DNA from: Terriglobia bacterium
GTDB taxonomy: Bacteria; Acidobacteriota; Terriglobia; Acidiferrales; UBA7541
Assembly: GCA_963791705.1 (NCBI GenBank)
Contig: CAWBTO010000002.1
Coordinates: 85,885 to 149,884 of the forward strand
Reading direction: 5' to 3'
Length of the DNA: 64,000 nt
Position numbers and translations under genes: made by a program. This document shows, one piece after another, positions 19,950 through 31,189 of this stretch. Below the pieces are notes generated by a model that saw nothing but the letters and a program-made list of their open reading frames with translations, was not told where the DNA came from and made no database searches. Every line of letters begins with the position of its first letter. Position 1 is the first letter of the stretch.

Positions 19950-20107
19950 GGGCGCGGCCTCCTTGAACTCGCGGGCATTGTGCCGCGCGCGGCGTGAAAT
20001 GACAAGGGCGCGGCCGCCAGTTGGGTTCGCGGAATTGTGCTTTCAGCGGACAATTTCAGGGATAATGGTCGGCCAGGAGCGAAATCCTCGAAACAGGAGC
20101 GACGAAT

Positions 20108-21061
20108 TTGCGCGTAGTCATCACGGGCGGTGCCGGGTTTCTGGGTTCCCATTTGTGCGATTTGCTGATCGGGAAGGGCTGGGACGTGCTGTGCCTGGAT
20201 AATCTCATCACCGGCGCGGAGTCCAATATCGCGCACCTGCGGCAGCATCCGAGCTTCCGGGTGCAACCGCAGGATGTTTCCCAGCATATCGAGGTGGCGG
20301 GGGCCGTGGATGCGGTGCTGCATTTTGCCTCGCCCGCCAGCCCGCCCGACTACCTGAAATTTCCGATTCAGACGCTGAAGGTGGGAGCGCTCGGAACGCA
20401 TAACGCGCTGGGGCTGGCGATGGCGAAGAAGGCGAAGTTCCTGCTGGCGTCGACGTCGGAATGTTACGGCGATCCGGAGGTCAACCCGCAGCCGGAGAGC
20501 TACTGGGGCCATGTGAACCCGATCGGGCCGCGGGGCGTCTACGATGAGGCCAAGCGATTCGCCGAAGCCATCACCATGGCGTATCACCGCTACCACGGCG
20601 TGGACACGCGCATCGTGCGCATCTTCAATACCTATGGGCCGCGCATGCGTTTGAACGACGGCCGCGCGCTGCCCAATTTTCTTTATCAGGCGCTGGCGGG
20701 AGAGCCGATCACGGTCTATGGCGACGGCAAACAGACGCGGAGTTTCTGCTACGTCTCGGATTTGATCGAAGGCATTTTCAAACTGCTGGAATCGGGCGAG
20801 CACGAGCCGGTGAACATCGGCAATCCCCGGGAAATTACGATTCTGGAGTTTGCCGAGCGCGTGCGGGCGCTGGCGGGGGCCGACGTGCCCATCGTCTTCC
20901 GGCCGCTGCCGCAGGACGATCCCAAGCAGCGCTGCCCGGACATCACCAAGGCGCGCCGGATTCTGAATTGGGAGCCGAAGGTGGATCTGGAGGACGGCTT
21001 GCGGCGTACCTACGAGTTCTTCAGGAAGCAGATGGGCACGACAGGGGCGAAGCCGGAGTAA
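20108..21061 (+). CDS. UDP-glucuronate decarboxylase (UDP-xylose synthase), SDR family
   Basis: TTG 20108. GGAGFLGSH Rossmann motif, YDEAKR catalytic motif, STSECYGDP. 317 aa. Confidence 0.9.
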   Translation: MRVVITGGAGFLGSHLCDLLIGKGWDVLCLDNLITGAESNIAHLRQHPSFRVQPQDVSQHIEVAGAVDAVLHFASPASPPDYLKFPIQTLKVGALGTHNALGLAMAKKAKFLLASTSECYGDPEVNPQPESYWGHVNPIGPRGVYDEAKRFAEAITMAYHRYHGVDTRIVRIFNTYGPRMRLNDGRALPNFLYQALAGEPITVYGDGKQTRSFCYVSDLIEGIFKLLESGEHEPVNIGNPREITILEFAERVRALAGADVPIVFRPLPQDDPKQRCPDITKARRILNWEPKVDLEDGLRRTYEFFRKQMGTTGAKPE

Positions 21062-21078
21062 ACGGAACCAAGCCAGGA

Positions 21079-21123
21079 CACCGCAGAGGCGCAGAGAACG
21101 CAGAGAGAATCCAGACGAGACGA
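21079..21123 (+). repeat. GCAGAG-rich dispersed intergenic repeat, copy c
   Basis: caccgcagaggcgcagagaacgcagagagaatccagacgagacgac. Confidence 0.8.
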
Positions 21124-21215
21124 CATCCCCGGAAATCCATCCGGCCGTGGCCCCGCAGGAAGAAACCCGAAATCCTCTGCACGCGGAGTAGCAGGGTGCT
21201 GCAAAAGACGCCTCA

Positions 21216-21287
21216 GGGAACTTCAGGGGCTAAAGCCCCATCACATGTGCAGCACCTATGTCGCGGCTGAAGCCGCGACCCACAAAG
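21216..21287 (+). repeat. 72-nt double-hairpin dispersed repeat, copy 1
   Basis: gggaacttcaggggctaaagcccc...atgtcgcggctgaagccgcgacccacaaag. It contains hairpins GGGGC-TAAA-GCCCC and GTCGCGGC-TGAA-GCCGCGAC. The reverse complement of 47077-47148 matches both ends. Confidence 0.85.
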
Positions 21288-21331
21288 CTGTCCGGATTCT
21301 TCAGCACCCTGTTAGAGGCCCGGCCGCGTCT

Positions 21332-22684
21332 TCAGTCGGGCCGGCCCAGGGAGCGGTACTCGAAGCCGTGGCGTTTCATTTCGGCGGGGGACAGGAGGTT
21401 GCGGCCGTCGAGAATGAGCGGCCGGGCCATGGCCTGGTGGACGCGGGGCCAGTCGAGGCTGCGGAACTGATCCCATTCGGTGGCGATCAGCAGCGCTTCG
21501 GAACCCTCGGCGGCTTCGTACTCCGATTTGGCATATTCGATGTTGGGCAGCACGGCGCGCGCCTTGTCCATGGCTTCGGGATCGTAGGCGCGGACGCGGG
21601 CACCTTCTTCGATCAGGCGATGAATGAGATCGATGGCCGGCGCGAAGCGGATATCGTCGGTATTAGGTTTGAAGGCCAGGCCCAGCACTCCAATCTGCTT
21701 GCCGCGGACCACCCAGAGCGACTCGCGCAGCTTTCCGCAGAAATGGTCGATGCGCCGGCGATTGATTTTTTCCGCCTCGCGGAGCATGGAGAAATCCACG
21801 CCCGAGCGCTCCGCCAGATGCGCGAAGGCCTGCAGGTCTTTCGGCAGGCAGAAGCCTCCGAAGCCCAGGCCCGCGGAGAGGAAGCTGGGCCCGATGCGCG
21901 GGTCCAGGCCCATCGCGCGCACGACTTCCTGAATATCGGCGCCCAGGCGCTCGGCGAGGTCGGCGACCATGTTGGCGTAGGAAATTTTCAGCGCGAGAAA
22001 CGAATTGGAGGCGTGCTTGATGAGTTCGGCGCTGTTGATGGTGGTGACGAGCCATGCGGGTGCGGGACGCTCCGGGCAAGCGGGCGCGTGGACAGGGCAC
22101 TGGAAGGCGCGGTCGAGAACCGGGAGGTAGATCTCCCGGAGTTGGCGCTCGGCGATTTCGTCATCCACGCCCACGACGATGCGGTCGGGATGCAGGAAAT
22201 CCGCGACGGCGGTTCCCTCGCGGAGGAATTCGGGATTGGAGGCCACGTGAAACGCCACCTGGCTATTGCGGGCGTAGACCGAAAGGGCGCGTTTCAATTC
22301 CTGGCCTGTGCGCGCCGGGACGGTGCTCTTCTCGACCACGAGCTTGGGAGAGCGGGCTTCGGTGGCGATCAGGCGGGCGACATGGTCGATGGCGCTCAGG
22401 TCGGCGTCGCCGTCGGGCAACGGCGGCGTGCCCACGCAGATGAAGATGGCATCGCCGGCGGCCACGGCGTCGGCAGGATTGGAGCAGAAGCGCAGCCGGC
22501 CTTCCTGGCGCGCCTTGGAGATCAGCTTCTCTAGCCCGGGTTCGTAGATGGGAAGCCCGCCGGATTCCAGGATGCGGATCTTCTCGCCGTCGTTGTCCGT
22601 ACAGATGACGTCGTGACCGATCTCCGCCAGACATGCGCCGGTGACCAGACCCACATACCCCGTGCCGATCACTGCAATCTTCAA
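21332..22684 (-). CDS. ugd: UDP-glucose 6-dehydrogenase
   Basis: MKIAVIGTGYVGLVTGACLAEIGHDV. Catalytic-Cys context GFGGFCLPKD. 450 aa. Confidence 0.92.
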   Translation of the reverse strand: MKIAVIGTGYVGLVTGACLAEIGHDVICTDNDGEKIRILESGGLPIYEPGLEKLISKARQEGRLRFCSNPADAVAAGDAIFICVGTPPLPDGDADLSAIDHVARLIATEARSPKLVVEKSTVPARTGQELKRALSVYARNSQVAFHVASNPEFLREGTAVADFLHPDRIVVGVDDEIAERQLREIYLPVLDRAFQCPVHAPACPERPAPAWLVTTINSAELIKHASNSFLALKISYANMVADLAERLGADIQEVVRAMGLDPRIGPSFLSAGLGFGGFCLPKDLQAFAHLAERSGVDFSMLREAEKINRRRIDHFCGKLRESLWVVRGKQIGVLGLAFKPNTDDIRFAPAIDLIHRLIEEGARVRAYDPEAMDKARAVLPNIEYAKSEYEAAEGSEALLIATEWDQFRSLDWPRVHQAMARPLILDGRNLLSPAEMKRHGFEYRSLGRPD

Positions 22685-22894
22685 TGGAATTCCCCTGTCC
22701 GCCGAGCGTGCCCAGTCCCGCCCGCGCGCCCCTTCATTCTGATATAGGCGGATGCACCCGCCAAGCCGATTCTCCGGCCGTACTGCAGGATGGCAGGTTC
22801 GTCGGAACGTTCGTACCGGATACTCTTTCCTAACATCGCCTCGGCGATCTTTCCTGCATGGGGCCGTTCTCCCCTATTCTAAGTGAGTCGGCCC

Positions 22895-24628
22895 ATGTCT
22901 CAACGCCCCAATCCGGAACTGTCTCCGCCGCCCCCGAAGGGTGGGCGCGGCCCCACCGAGCGCCAGGACACGCTATTGCTGAGCGATGTTCCGGAGGCTA
23001 CGGCTCTGATGCAGGAGGGAGTTGTGCCGCCGGTCGTCAGCGCGCAGCTTAGCTCGGCGGCGCTGGAGGCCCTGGCCCAGCGTTACGACATCCTGGGCGA
23101 AGCGGGCAGCGGGAGCATGGGCAATGTGTACAAGGCCCGGGATCGCGAGACTGGCGAAACGGTAGCCTTGAAGCTGTTAAAGCCGGAAATCGCTTCCGAC
23201 CAGGCGATGATGGACCGGTTCAAGAACGAACTGTTGTTTGCGCGCAAGATCACGCACAAGAACGTCTGCCGGGTCTACGAGTTCAACCGCCTAGGCGGGA
23301 TCTCCTACACATCCATGGAGTTTGTCGAGGGCGAGAGCCTGCGCTCGGTGCTGAACCGTTTCGGGGGCCTGCCCTTGCGCAAGGGGATCGATCTGGTGCT
23401 GCAGGTGTGTTCGGGGCTGAAGGAAGCGCATGTCCAGGGAATCGTTCACCGGGACCTGAAGCCCGAGAACGTGATGATTGACGCACAGGGCAACGTGAAG
23501 ATCATGGATTTCGGCATCGCGCGGTCGATGGAGGCGCTCACGCGGATGACCGGCTCGATGGCCGGCACGCCGGCGTATATGGCTCCGGAGCAAGTCGCGG
23601 GCAAGCCCGTGGACTACCGCACCGATATCTACTCTTTGGGATTGATCATGTACGAAGTCTTCACGGGGAAACAGGCGTTTGCAGCGGACAACGCCGTGGC
23701 GGTGGCCTTGAAGCAGCTGCGCGAATCGCCGCCGCCGCCGCACGAACTCGAACCGAGCATTCCCGTGCCGGTCGAGCGGGTGATTTTGAAGTGTCTGGAG
23801 AAGGAGCCGCCCAAGCGTTTCCAATCCATCGGACAACTGGAAAGCGCGCTGCACGCTTCTCCGGCGGTGCCGGCGATTCGAACCACGGTCATGAGCGTCC
23901 CGGCGGACCCGTCGGTCGTGGTCCGGCCGCGCCCGCACTTGGAGTTGCCGCCAGCCGAGCCGGAAGAGCAGAAGAAGCGTGTCGCACCAGTGGTGTGGAT
24001 TTTGCTGGGGGCCTGTCTGGTGATGGGGTCGCTGGCGGGATGGCATTGGGCGCAGCGCGCGAAATTGTTTGACGGGGTAGCTCCGCCGGACCGCGTGTCC
24101 GCGCCGAAGCCGCCGGAATTTGCCTTCGAGGTTCCCGCCCCGCCACCGGCCACCGACGCAGCCCCCGCCGAGGATTCGCCGGCGCCCGCCGCGAATGCGG
24201 CCGCGGAGCCTGCGGAAAAGAGTTCGCCGGCGCCCGCCGGTGCGGGGAGCCGGCAGGAAACGGCGCCGGTGAAGAAACAACCCGCGGCAGCGTTGAAACC
24301 GGCATTGCCAGTAGTGACGCGGCCGCGCGCGGCGCGACCGTCGAGCGAGACGGCTTTGGCCGTTCCATCGCTGGCCGTGGACGACGCTCCGAGCTATCTG
24401 CGCGTGGGACGGTTCGAGTTCGAGGAGCGCGCGGATACAGCGGCGGAGAAAATCAAGGGGCTGGGTTTGCCGGCCGTCGTGGTGCCCCGGCGCAATCTGA
24501 AAGGCGGACGCTTCTGGGTGATCTTGACAGGACCGCTGGACCCCGACCGGGTGCAGAGCACGAAGGAGTGGCTGCAGACGCAAGGTTTCGAGGACGTCCA
24601 GCAAATGAAGCTTCCCACGGTCAATTAG
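22895..24628 (+). CDS. Ser/Thr protein kinase with TM helix, Pro/Ala-rich linker and SPOR-like C-terminal domain
   Basis: Hanks kinase motifs HRDLKPENVMID, DFGIARS and GTPAYMAPEQ. TM helix VVWILLGACLVMGSLAGWHW. C-terminus YLRVGRFEFEERADTAAEKIKGLGLPAVVVP...RFWVILTGP. GTG 22883 is an alternative start. Confidence 0.88.
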   Translation: MSQRPNPELSPPPPKGGRGPTERQDTLLLSDVPEATALMQEGVVPPVVSAQLSSAALEALAQRYDILGEAGSGSMGNVYKARDRETGETVALKLLKPEIASDQAMMDRFKNELLFARKITHKNVCRVYEFNRLGGISYTSMEFVEGESLRSVLNRFGGLPLRKGIDLVLQVCSGLKEAHVQGIVHRDLKPENVMIDAQGNVKIMDFGIARSMEALTRMTGSMAGTPAYMAPEQVAGKPVDYRTDIYSLGLIMYEVFTGKQAFAADNAVAVALKQLRESPPPPHELEPSIPVPVERVILKCLEKEPPKRFQSIGQLESALHASPAVPAIRTTVMSVPADPSVVVRPRPHLELPPAEPEEQKKRVAPVVWILLGACLVMGSLAGWHWAQRAKLFDGVAPPDRVSAPKPPEFAFEVPAPPPATDAAPAEDSPAPAANAAAEPAEKSSPAPAGAGSRQETAPVKKQPAAALKPALPVVTRPRAARPSSETALAVPSLAVDDAPSYLRVGRFEFEERADTAAEKIKGLGLPAVVVPRRNLKGGRFWVILTGPLDPDRVQSTKEWLQTQGFEDVQQMKLPTVN

Positions 24629-24699
24629 AATCCGGGTGCTACGCCGAATCCGTGATGGGGCGCGGATCGGGGCAGTCAGCGGCGGTTCGAGGTAAAAGC

Positions 24700-25518
24700 A
24701 TGGAGATGGAATTCGGAGCCCACAGCGACACCGGTTGCGTGCGCGGGAACAATGAGGACTCCTACGGCGTGGCGCCGGAGATGAGCCTTTTCGTTCTCTC
24801 GGACGGTATGGGCGGTCTGGCGGCCGGGGAAGTGGCGAGCCGCCTGGCGGTGGACACGGTGCTGGCGCATTGCCGCGAGTCGGAAGCAAACCCTTTGTTG
24901 CCGCTCACCGGGGGATTCCTGGCCGGGGTGTCGGGCACGGCGAACCGGCTGGCCAGCGGAGTTCGCCTAGCGAACGAAGTGGTGCACCGCACCGCGCAAC
25001 AAAGCGCGGCCGGCGCGTCGGGCGGCATGGGTGCGACGATCGTGGCGGTTCGTTTTTGGGACGGGCGCATGAGCTTGGTGCACGTGGGAGACAGCCGCGC
25101 CTACCGGCTGCGGGACGGCCAGTTCGAGCAGTTGACGCAGGACCATTCCTTTGTGGCCGAGCAGGTTCGCCGGGGACGCATGACCCAGCAGGAAGCCGAC
25201 GACAGCGCGTTGCACAACGTGCTGATCCGCGCCCTGGGCGTGGATGCCGAGGTGGATGTGGATGTGCGGGAAGACATGGTGACGGAGAGCGACACCGTGT
25301 TGCTGTGCTCCGACGGGCTCACGCGCGAGCTTTCGGACGCGCAAATCGCCGCCGTGCTGGGAGAAATCGAGGAGGCCGAAGAGGCCGCCGGCCGCCTGGT
25401 GGAGCTGGCCAAGCAGGCGGGTGGCGGAGACAACGTCACCGCCATCGTGGTGCGTTCGGCGCTCCGGCCGGCCGGGGCGCTGGCGCGGATCGGGAAATGG
25501 TTTCGGGAGTTTGCGTAG
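24700..25518 (+). CDS. PP2C-family Ser/Thr phosphatase
   Basis: GCVRGNNEDSY, LSDGMGG, CSDGL and GGDNVTAIVV motifs. Confidence 0.88.
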   Translation: MEMEFGAHSDTGCVRGNNEDSYGVAPEMSLFVLSDGMGGLAAGEVASRLAVDTVLAHCRESEANPLLPLTGGFLAGVSGTANRLASGVRLANEVVHRTAQQSAAGASGGMGATIVAVRFWDGRMSLVHVGDSRAYRLRDGQFEQLTQDHSFVAEQVRRGRMTQQEADDSALHNVLIRALGVDAEVDVDVREDMVTESDTVLLCSDGLTRELSDAQIAAVLGEIEEAEEAAGRLVELAKQAGGGDNVTAIVVRSALRPAGALARIGKWFREFA

Positions 25519-25568
25519 AGCGGGGCTTTTGGTAAGGGGCGAATTGGATTTCGTGGAGGAGGGCTGAC

Positions 25569-26300
25569 ATGCCGACGCTGGTTCTGAAATTCGGAAACTC
25601 GGTGCTCCAGGAAGTGGCTGTGGGATCGCGGGAGGTGAGCATCGGGCGCTCGCCGGACAACGGGCTGGTGATCGACAATCCGGCGGTGTCGCACTATCAC
25701 GCGCGCGTGTTCCACGAGGAAGACCGGCTGATGCTGGAGGATTTCGGCAGCCTGAACGGGACGTTCGTCAACGGGCAGCGTGTGAAAATGGTGACGCTGC
25801 AACCGGGCGACGCCGTGGCGATCGGGAAACACACGATCGAGGTGTCGGATTCCGGCCAGGACGTGCTGGCCACCAGTCATGGAGAAGCCAAACCGGCGGC
25901 GCCGAAAATCAACGAGACGGTAATGCTCGACACCAAGGCGCGCCGCGATTTTTTGCAGAAGGTGGCGGCCGTGGGCGAAAGCGCGCAGGTGGCTCCCGCG
26001 CGGCTGAAGGTGCCTTCGCTGGTGGTGCGCAAGGGCAAAGCCAGCCGGCGCGAGTACACCCTGAGCGACAAGCTCACGGTGATCGGAAAATCGGCGATGG
26101 CCTCGGTGAAGCTGACGGGATGGTTTGCGCCGAAGGTGGCGGCTCAGGTCAGCCGCCGGGACGACCAGACCTACTACATCAGCGCGGGAGACAAGGTGCC
26201 CAGCGTCAACAGCTGGCCCATCACGCAGCCGAAAAAACTTTCCCCGGGCGACATCATTACCGTCGCCGGCGTCGAACTGGAATTCGTTTACCGCGACTGA
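25569..26300 (+). CDS. protein with two FHA domains
   Basis: N-terminal FHA (SIGRSPDNGLVIDNPAVSHYHARV...SLNGTFVNG). The second, C-terminal FHA-like module is (LTVIGKSAMASVKL...YYISAGDKVPSVNSWPI). Confidence 0.82.
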   Translation: MPTLVLKFGNSVLQEVAVGSREVSIGRSPDNGLVIDNPAVSHYHARVFHEEDRLMLEDFGSLNGTFVNGQRVKMVTLQPGDAVAIGKHTIEVSDSGQDVLATSHGEAKPAAPKINETVMLDTKARRDFLQKVAAVGESAQVAPARLKVPSLVVRKGKASRREYTLSDKLTVIGKSAMASVKLTGWFAPKVAAQVSRRDDQTYYISAGDKVPSVNSWPITQPKKLSPGDIITVAGVELEFVYRD

Positions 26301-27028
26301 GCGCGCGCGCCCTGCAGGTGGACGTCCAGGAACTGCAACGACAAATTCCACGCCAGGCGGGCCGCCGCCGGGTGATAGCTCGGGCGCGCATCGCAGAAAA
26401 ATCCGTGGTCCGCATTCGAAAAGTTCACGTTGACGTAGGGCTTTTGCGCCTTGATCAATGCATCCTCGACGGCGCGCGCGTGCTCGAGCGTGATGTGCTT
26501 GTCCAGGCCGCCCCAGAAGAACAGGATGGGCGCGCGCAGATCGCCCGCTCGCGGCAGCATCGTCTGCGCGATTCCGCCTCCGTAAAAGGAAATACAGGCC
26601 TGCAGCGGCACGGTGGCCGACGCCAAAAACGACGTGCGCCCGCCCATGCAGAATCCGATGCTGGCGATGCGGTCGGGCGAGACCTGCGGCTGGCCGCACA
26701 GCCAGTCGTAGGCCGCGCGAAGGTCCGCGGCCTGGCCTGCTTCGGTCAGCGCCTGGAGATGCTGCATGGCCGAGGGAAAATCGTCGTAGCGTCCCTCGAA
26801 GCCGGGCGCAGTGCGGTGAAACAGTTCCGGGGCAATCGCCACGTATCCCTCGCGCGCGAAGCGTTCGGTGATGTCGCGGATGTGGGCGTTGACTCCGAAC
26901 GCCTCCTGAAACACCAGCATCCCCGGGAATTTTCCGTCTCCGGCCGGCCGCGCCACGTAGGCCGCCAGGGACGTGCCGTCCGCCACCTGCAGGGTGATCT
27001 TCTCGGTCGCGATGTTCGCCATTTCCAT
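26288..27028 (-). CDS. dienelactone hydrolase family protein
   Basis: ATG 27028 is preceded by GGAGG. Nucleophile context SIGFCMGG and the full alpha/beta-hydrolase DLH pattern. The longer ORF to 27448 was rejected. Confidence 0.85.
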   Translation of the reverse strand: MEMANIATEKITLQVADGTSLAAYVARPAGDGKFPGMLVFQEAFGVNAHIRDITERFAREGYVAIAPELFHRTAPGFEGRYDDFPSAMQHLQALTEAGQAADLRAAYDWLCGQPQVSPDRIASIGFCMGGRTSFLASATVPLQACISFYGGGIAQTMLPRAGDLRAPILFFWGGLDKHITLEHARAVEDALIKAQKPYVNVNFSNADHGFFCDARPSYHPAAARLAWNLSLQFLDVHLQGARAQSR

Positions 27029-27039
27029 CCTCCGGCTGC

Positions 27040-27288
27040 CTAGTCCTTCTGCTTCAATTTGAGGCGGCTCTTGTTCTCTTCCAGGAAGGCGCGCAGAGTG
27101 TCGGCGGTGTCCAGCAGGCGCACCCACTGCTCGTAATACAGCGTCACGGGGAAGCGGCCGAGGCCGTAGACGCTGACCCCTCCCTTTTCGCCGACGCGGA
27201 ATTCCAGGCTGCCCTTGGGCCTTCCGCCGGCTTGCTTTTCGAGTTCGGCAATGCGCGCGAGCAGTTCTTCTTTGGTGGGTTCGGCCAT
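27040..27288 (-). CDS. hypothetical small protein (82 aa)
   Basis: MAEPTKEELLARIAELEKQAGG...VYGLGRFPVTLYYEQWVRLLD. It ends 11 nt upstream of the dienelactone hydrolase gene. No family recognised. Confidence 0.5.
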   Translation of the reverse strand: MAEPTKEELLARIAELEKQAGGRPKGSLEFRVGEKGGVSVYGLGRFPVTLYYEQWVRLLDTADTLRAFLEENKSRLKLKQKD

Positions 27289-27420
27289 ATGTGCGTCTCC
27301 GTCCGGGAATTGAGCGCCGGGGGAAATCATAGCAGGTTGGGGCGTTGGGGACGAGGGGCGAGGGATGAGGGATGAAAAGAGCAAAACCTGCGGCAACGGT
27401 TCGCGCTGGGCGGCTGGAGC

Positions 27421-27459
27421 CGGAAGAAAAATCCCTCACCCGGGTCACCGGGTGAGGGA
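27421..27459 (-). terminator. rho-independent terminator downstream of typA
   Basis: The minus strand reads TCCCTCACCCGG-TGAC-CCGGGTGAGGGA (12-bp perfect stem) followed by TTTTTCTT. It begins about 20 nt after the typA stop. Confidence 0.75.
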
Positions 27460-27479
27460 GGACGAACCTCGTTGGATCG

Positions 27480-29311
<1,832 letters not shown>

Positions 29312-29603
29312 TTTGGTTGTGTGCGTTGAACTGCGGCCCAATCAGAAAGGGTTACCGTTGCGGTCCGGCAACCCCGGTCTCTTCTGGAAACGCGGTGGAG
29401 CAACAAACGCACTAGTAGTTTAGCACGGGCGCGTCGCGCCCGCCATCGCGCAGGGGGTGAAACCAGCCCTTGTGCGCGAAGCCAGGTTGCGTCCGTTGCG
29501 GGGAAGAGCGGAAAAGGCTTGGCGCGCTAGCGCACCCGGCGTATGGTTCATGGGGTTCGCGGGGACACTCGCGCGGCATTAGGCGGCGCCAAGGAGCGTG
29601 GCT

Positions 29604-30572
29604 ATGACATCGGATGGGTTGTCGGACGGCGGGCTACCACCGGCGGGAGATGCCGGTGGGCTGGGGGCGTTTCATCGACGGATGCACTGGGTCTTTCTGG
29701 GGCCTCAGGGAATCCGTTCGGGCTGGCGGCTGCTGATTTTCCTCGGGATTTACGCGGCGTTGGGCGCAGCTCTTTCGGCGGCGATCAGGCATATCCCCGC
29801 CATTCACGCCTGGTCGATGGCCCATCGGCTGGGCGCGGGCGTGATCACGCCCGGGGGCTTGCTGTTCACCGAGGGACTGACCGTGGCCGTGCTGCTGCTG
29901 AGCGCGGCGGGGATGACCTTGATCGAGCAGCGGTCGTTTGCGGAATACGGCCTGCCGGCCGCGGGCGCTTTCGGGAAGCGTTTCTGGCAGGGCACTGCCC
30001 TGGGCTTCCTCATGGTGAGCCTGCTGATGGGGTTGATTGGCGCGCTGCACGGCTTCCAGATCAGCGGCTGGGCGGTGAGCCGAGGCGAGGCCGTGCGCTA
30101 CGCCTTGCTCTACGCTCTGGGATTTGTGCTGGTGGGCGTCTCGGAGGAGTTTTCGTTCCGAGGGTATTTGCAGGCGACGCTGTCGCAGGGGATCGGATTT
30201 TGGCCCGCAGCCGGTGCCCTGGCGCTTCTGTTTGGCGCCCTGCATCTGGGAAACCCGGGCGAAGCAAAGTTCGGCGCGCTGATGGCCGGGGGGTTCGGTC
30301 TGGTGGCCGCCTTTTCCCTGCGGCGCACAGGGAGCCTGTGGTTCGCGATTGGCATGCACGCCGCCTGGGATTGGGGACAGACCTATTTTTACTCCGTGCC
30401 GGACAGCGGCCTGCTGGCCACTGGGCATCTGATGAATTCGTCGTTTCACGGCCCGGCGTGGCTGACGGGAGGAAGCGTGGGGCCGGAGGGCAGCGTGCTG
30501 GTGTTCGCGGTGCTGGCGCTGTGGGCTGCGATCCTGCACTTCCTGTTTCCGGCCAAGCGCGCCGCGCTCTGA
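29604..30572 (+). CDS. CPBP family intramembrane glutamic endopeptidase (CAAX protease-like)
   Basis: ATG 29604 lies 7 nt after AAGGAG. Motifs EEFSFRGYLQ, FGALHLGN and HAAWDW in a polytopic membrane protein. Confidence 0.8.
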   Translation: MTSDGLSDGGLPPAGDAGGLGAFHRRMHWVFLGPQGIRSGWRLLIFLGIYAALGAALSAAIRHIPAIHAWSMAHRLGAGVITPGGLLFTEGLTVAVLLLSAAGMTLIEQRSFAEYGLPAAGAFGKRFWQGTALGFLMVSLLMGLIGALHGFQISGWAVSRGEAVRYALLYALGFVLVGVSEEFSFRGYLQATLSQGIGFWPAAGALALLFGALHLGNPGEAKFGALMAGGFGLVAAFSLRRTGSLWFAIGMHAAWDWGQTYFYSVPDSGLLATGHLMNSSFHGPAWLTGGSVGPEGSVLVFAVLALWAAILHFLFPAKRAAL

Positions 30573-30753
30573 AGTTCGCATGGCCGAATCCTTTTGCCAG
30601 GTCGCCGCATCTATTCGACACTGCGGTGGTCTTGAACGCGCCGGGGTGACGAAGCCGAACGCCGGGCCCGGCGCCGGTTTGACACGCGCCGGTGTTGCCA
30701 GTAGAATCGCGGGATTTGAGTGGGGCTGCGGGCCTCGCCATAGGAACCGACGA

Positions 30754-31107
30754 ATGGATAAGAAGCGGCTGGAATATTACAAAAAGAAACTGGTCACGCG
30801 GCGGGAGGAACTGCTGCGCGATATCGCACGCACGCAGCGGGAAGGCCGCGAAGCCGACGAAGATCCCACCGTGGACCTGGCCGACAAGGCGGCCAATTCC
30901 TACACCAAGGAATTCCTGTTCGGCCAGACGCACGTCGACCGGTCGCTGCTGCAACTGGTGAACGACGCGCTGTCCCGCATCCGGACCAACTCGTTCGGAG
31001 AATGCATTTCCTGCCACGAGGAGCTCCAGCAGAAGCGCCTGGAGGCCGTGCCCTGGACCCGCTATTGCCTGGCCTGCCAGGAAAAGCAGGAGCGCGGAGC
31101 CCTGTGA
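30754..31107 (+). CDS. DksA/TraR family C4-type zinc-finger protein
   Basis: Coiled-coil N-terminus and CISCHEELQQKRLEAVPWTRYCLAC. Confidence 0.8.
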   Translation: MDKKRLEYYKKKLVTRREELLRDIARTQREGREADEDPTVDLADKAANSYTKEFLFGQTHVDRSLLQLVNDALSRIRTNSFGECISCHEELQQKRLEAVPWTRYCLACQEKQERGAL

Positions 31108-31189
31108 GCCCGCGCCCGGCCATGCCCCTTTTCTCGCCGCTGAATTTAAAGTAAGGTGTCACGGTACCCGTTCGGTAAACGGCGCCTCC

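Noticed and set aside
26288-27448. 386-aa version of the dienelactone hydrolase ORF.
   Set aside because: The first 140 residues are Arg/Pro-rich junk. They overlap the small ORF 27040-27288 in another frame and the typA terminator. GGAGG-ATG at 27028 gives a normal-length DLH.
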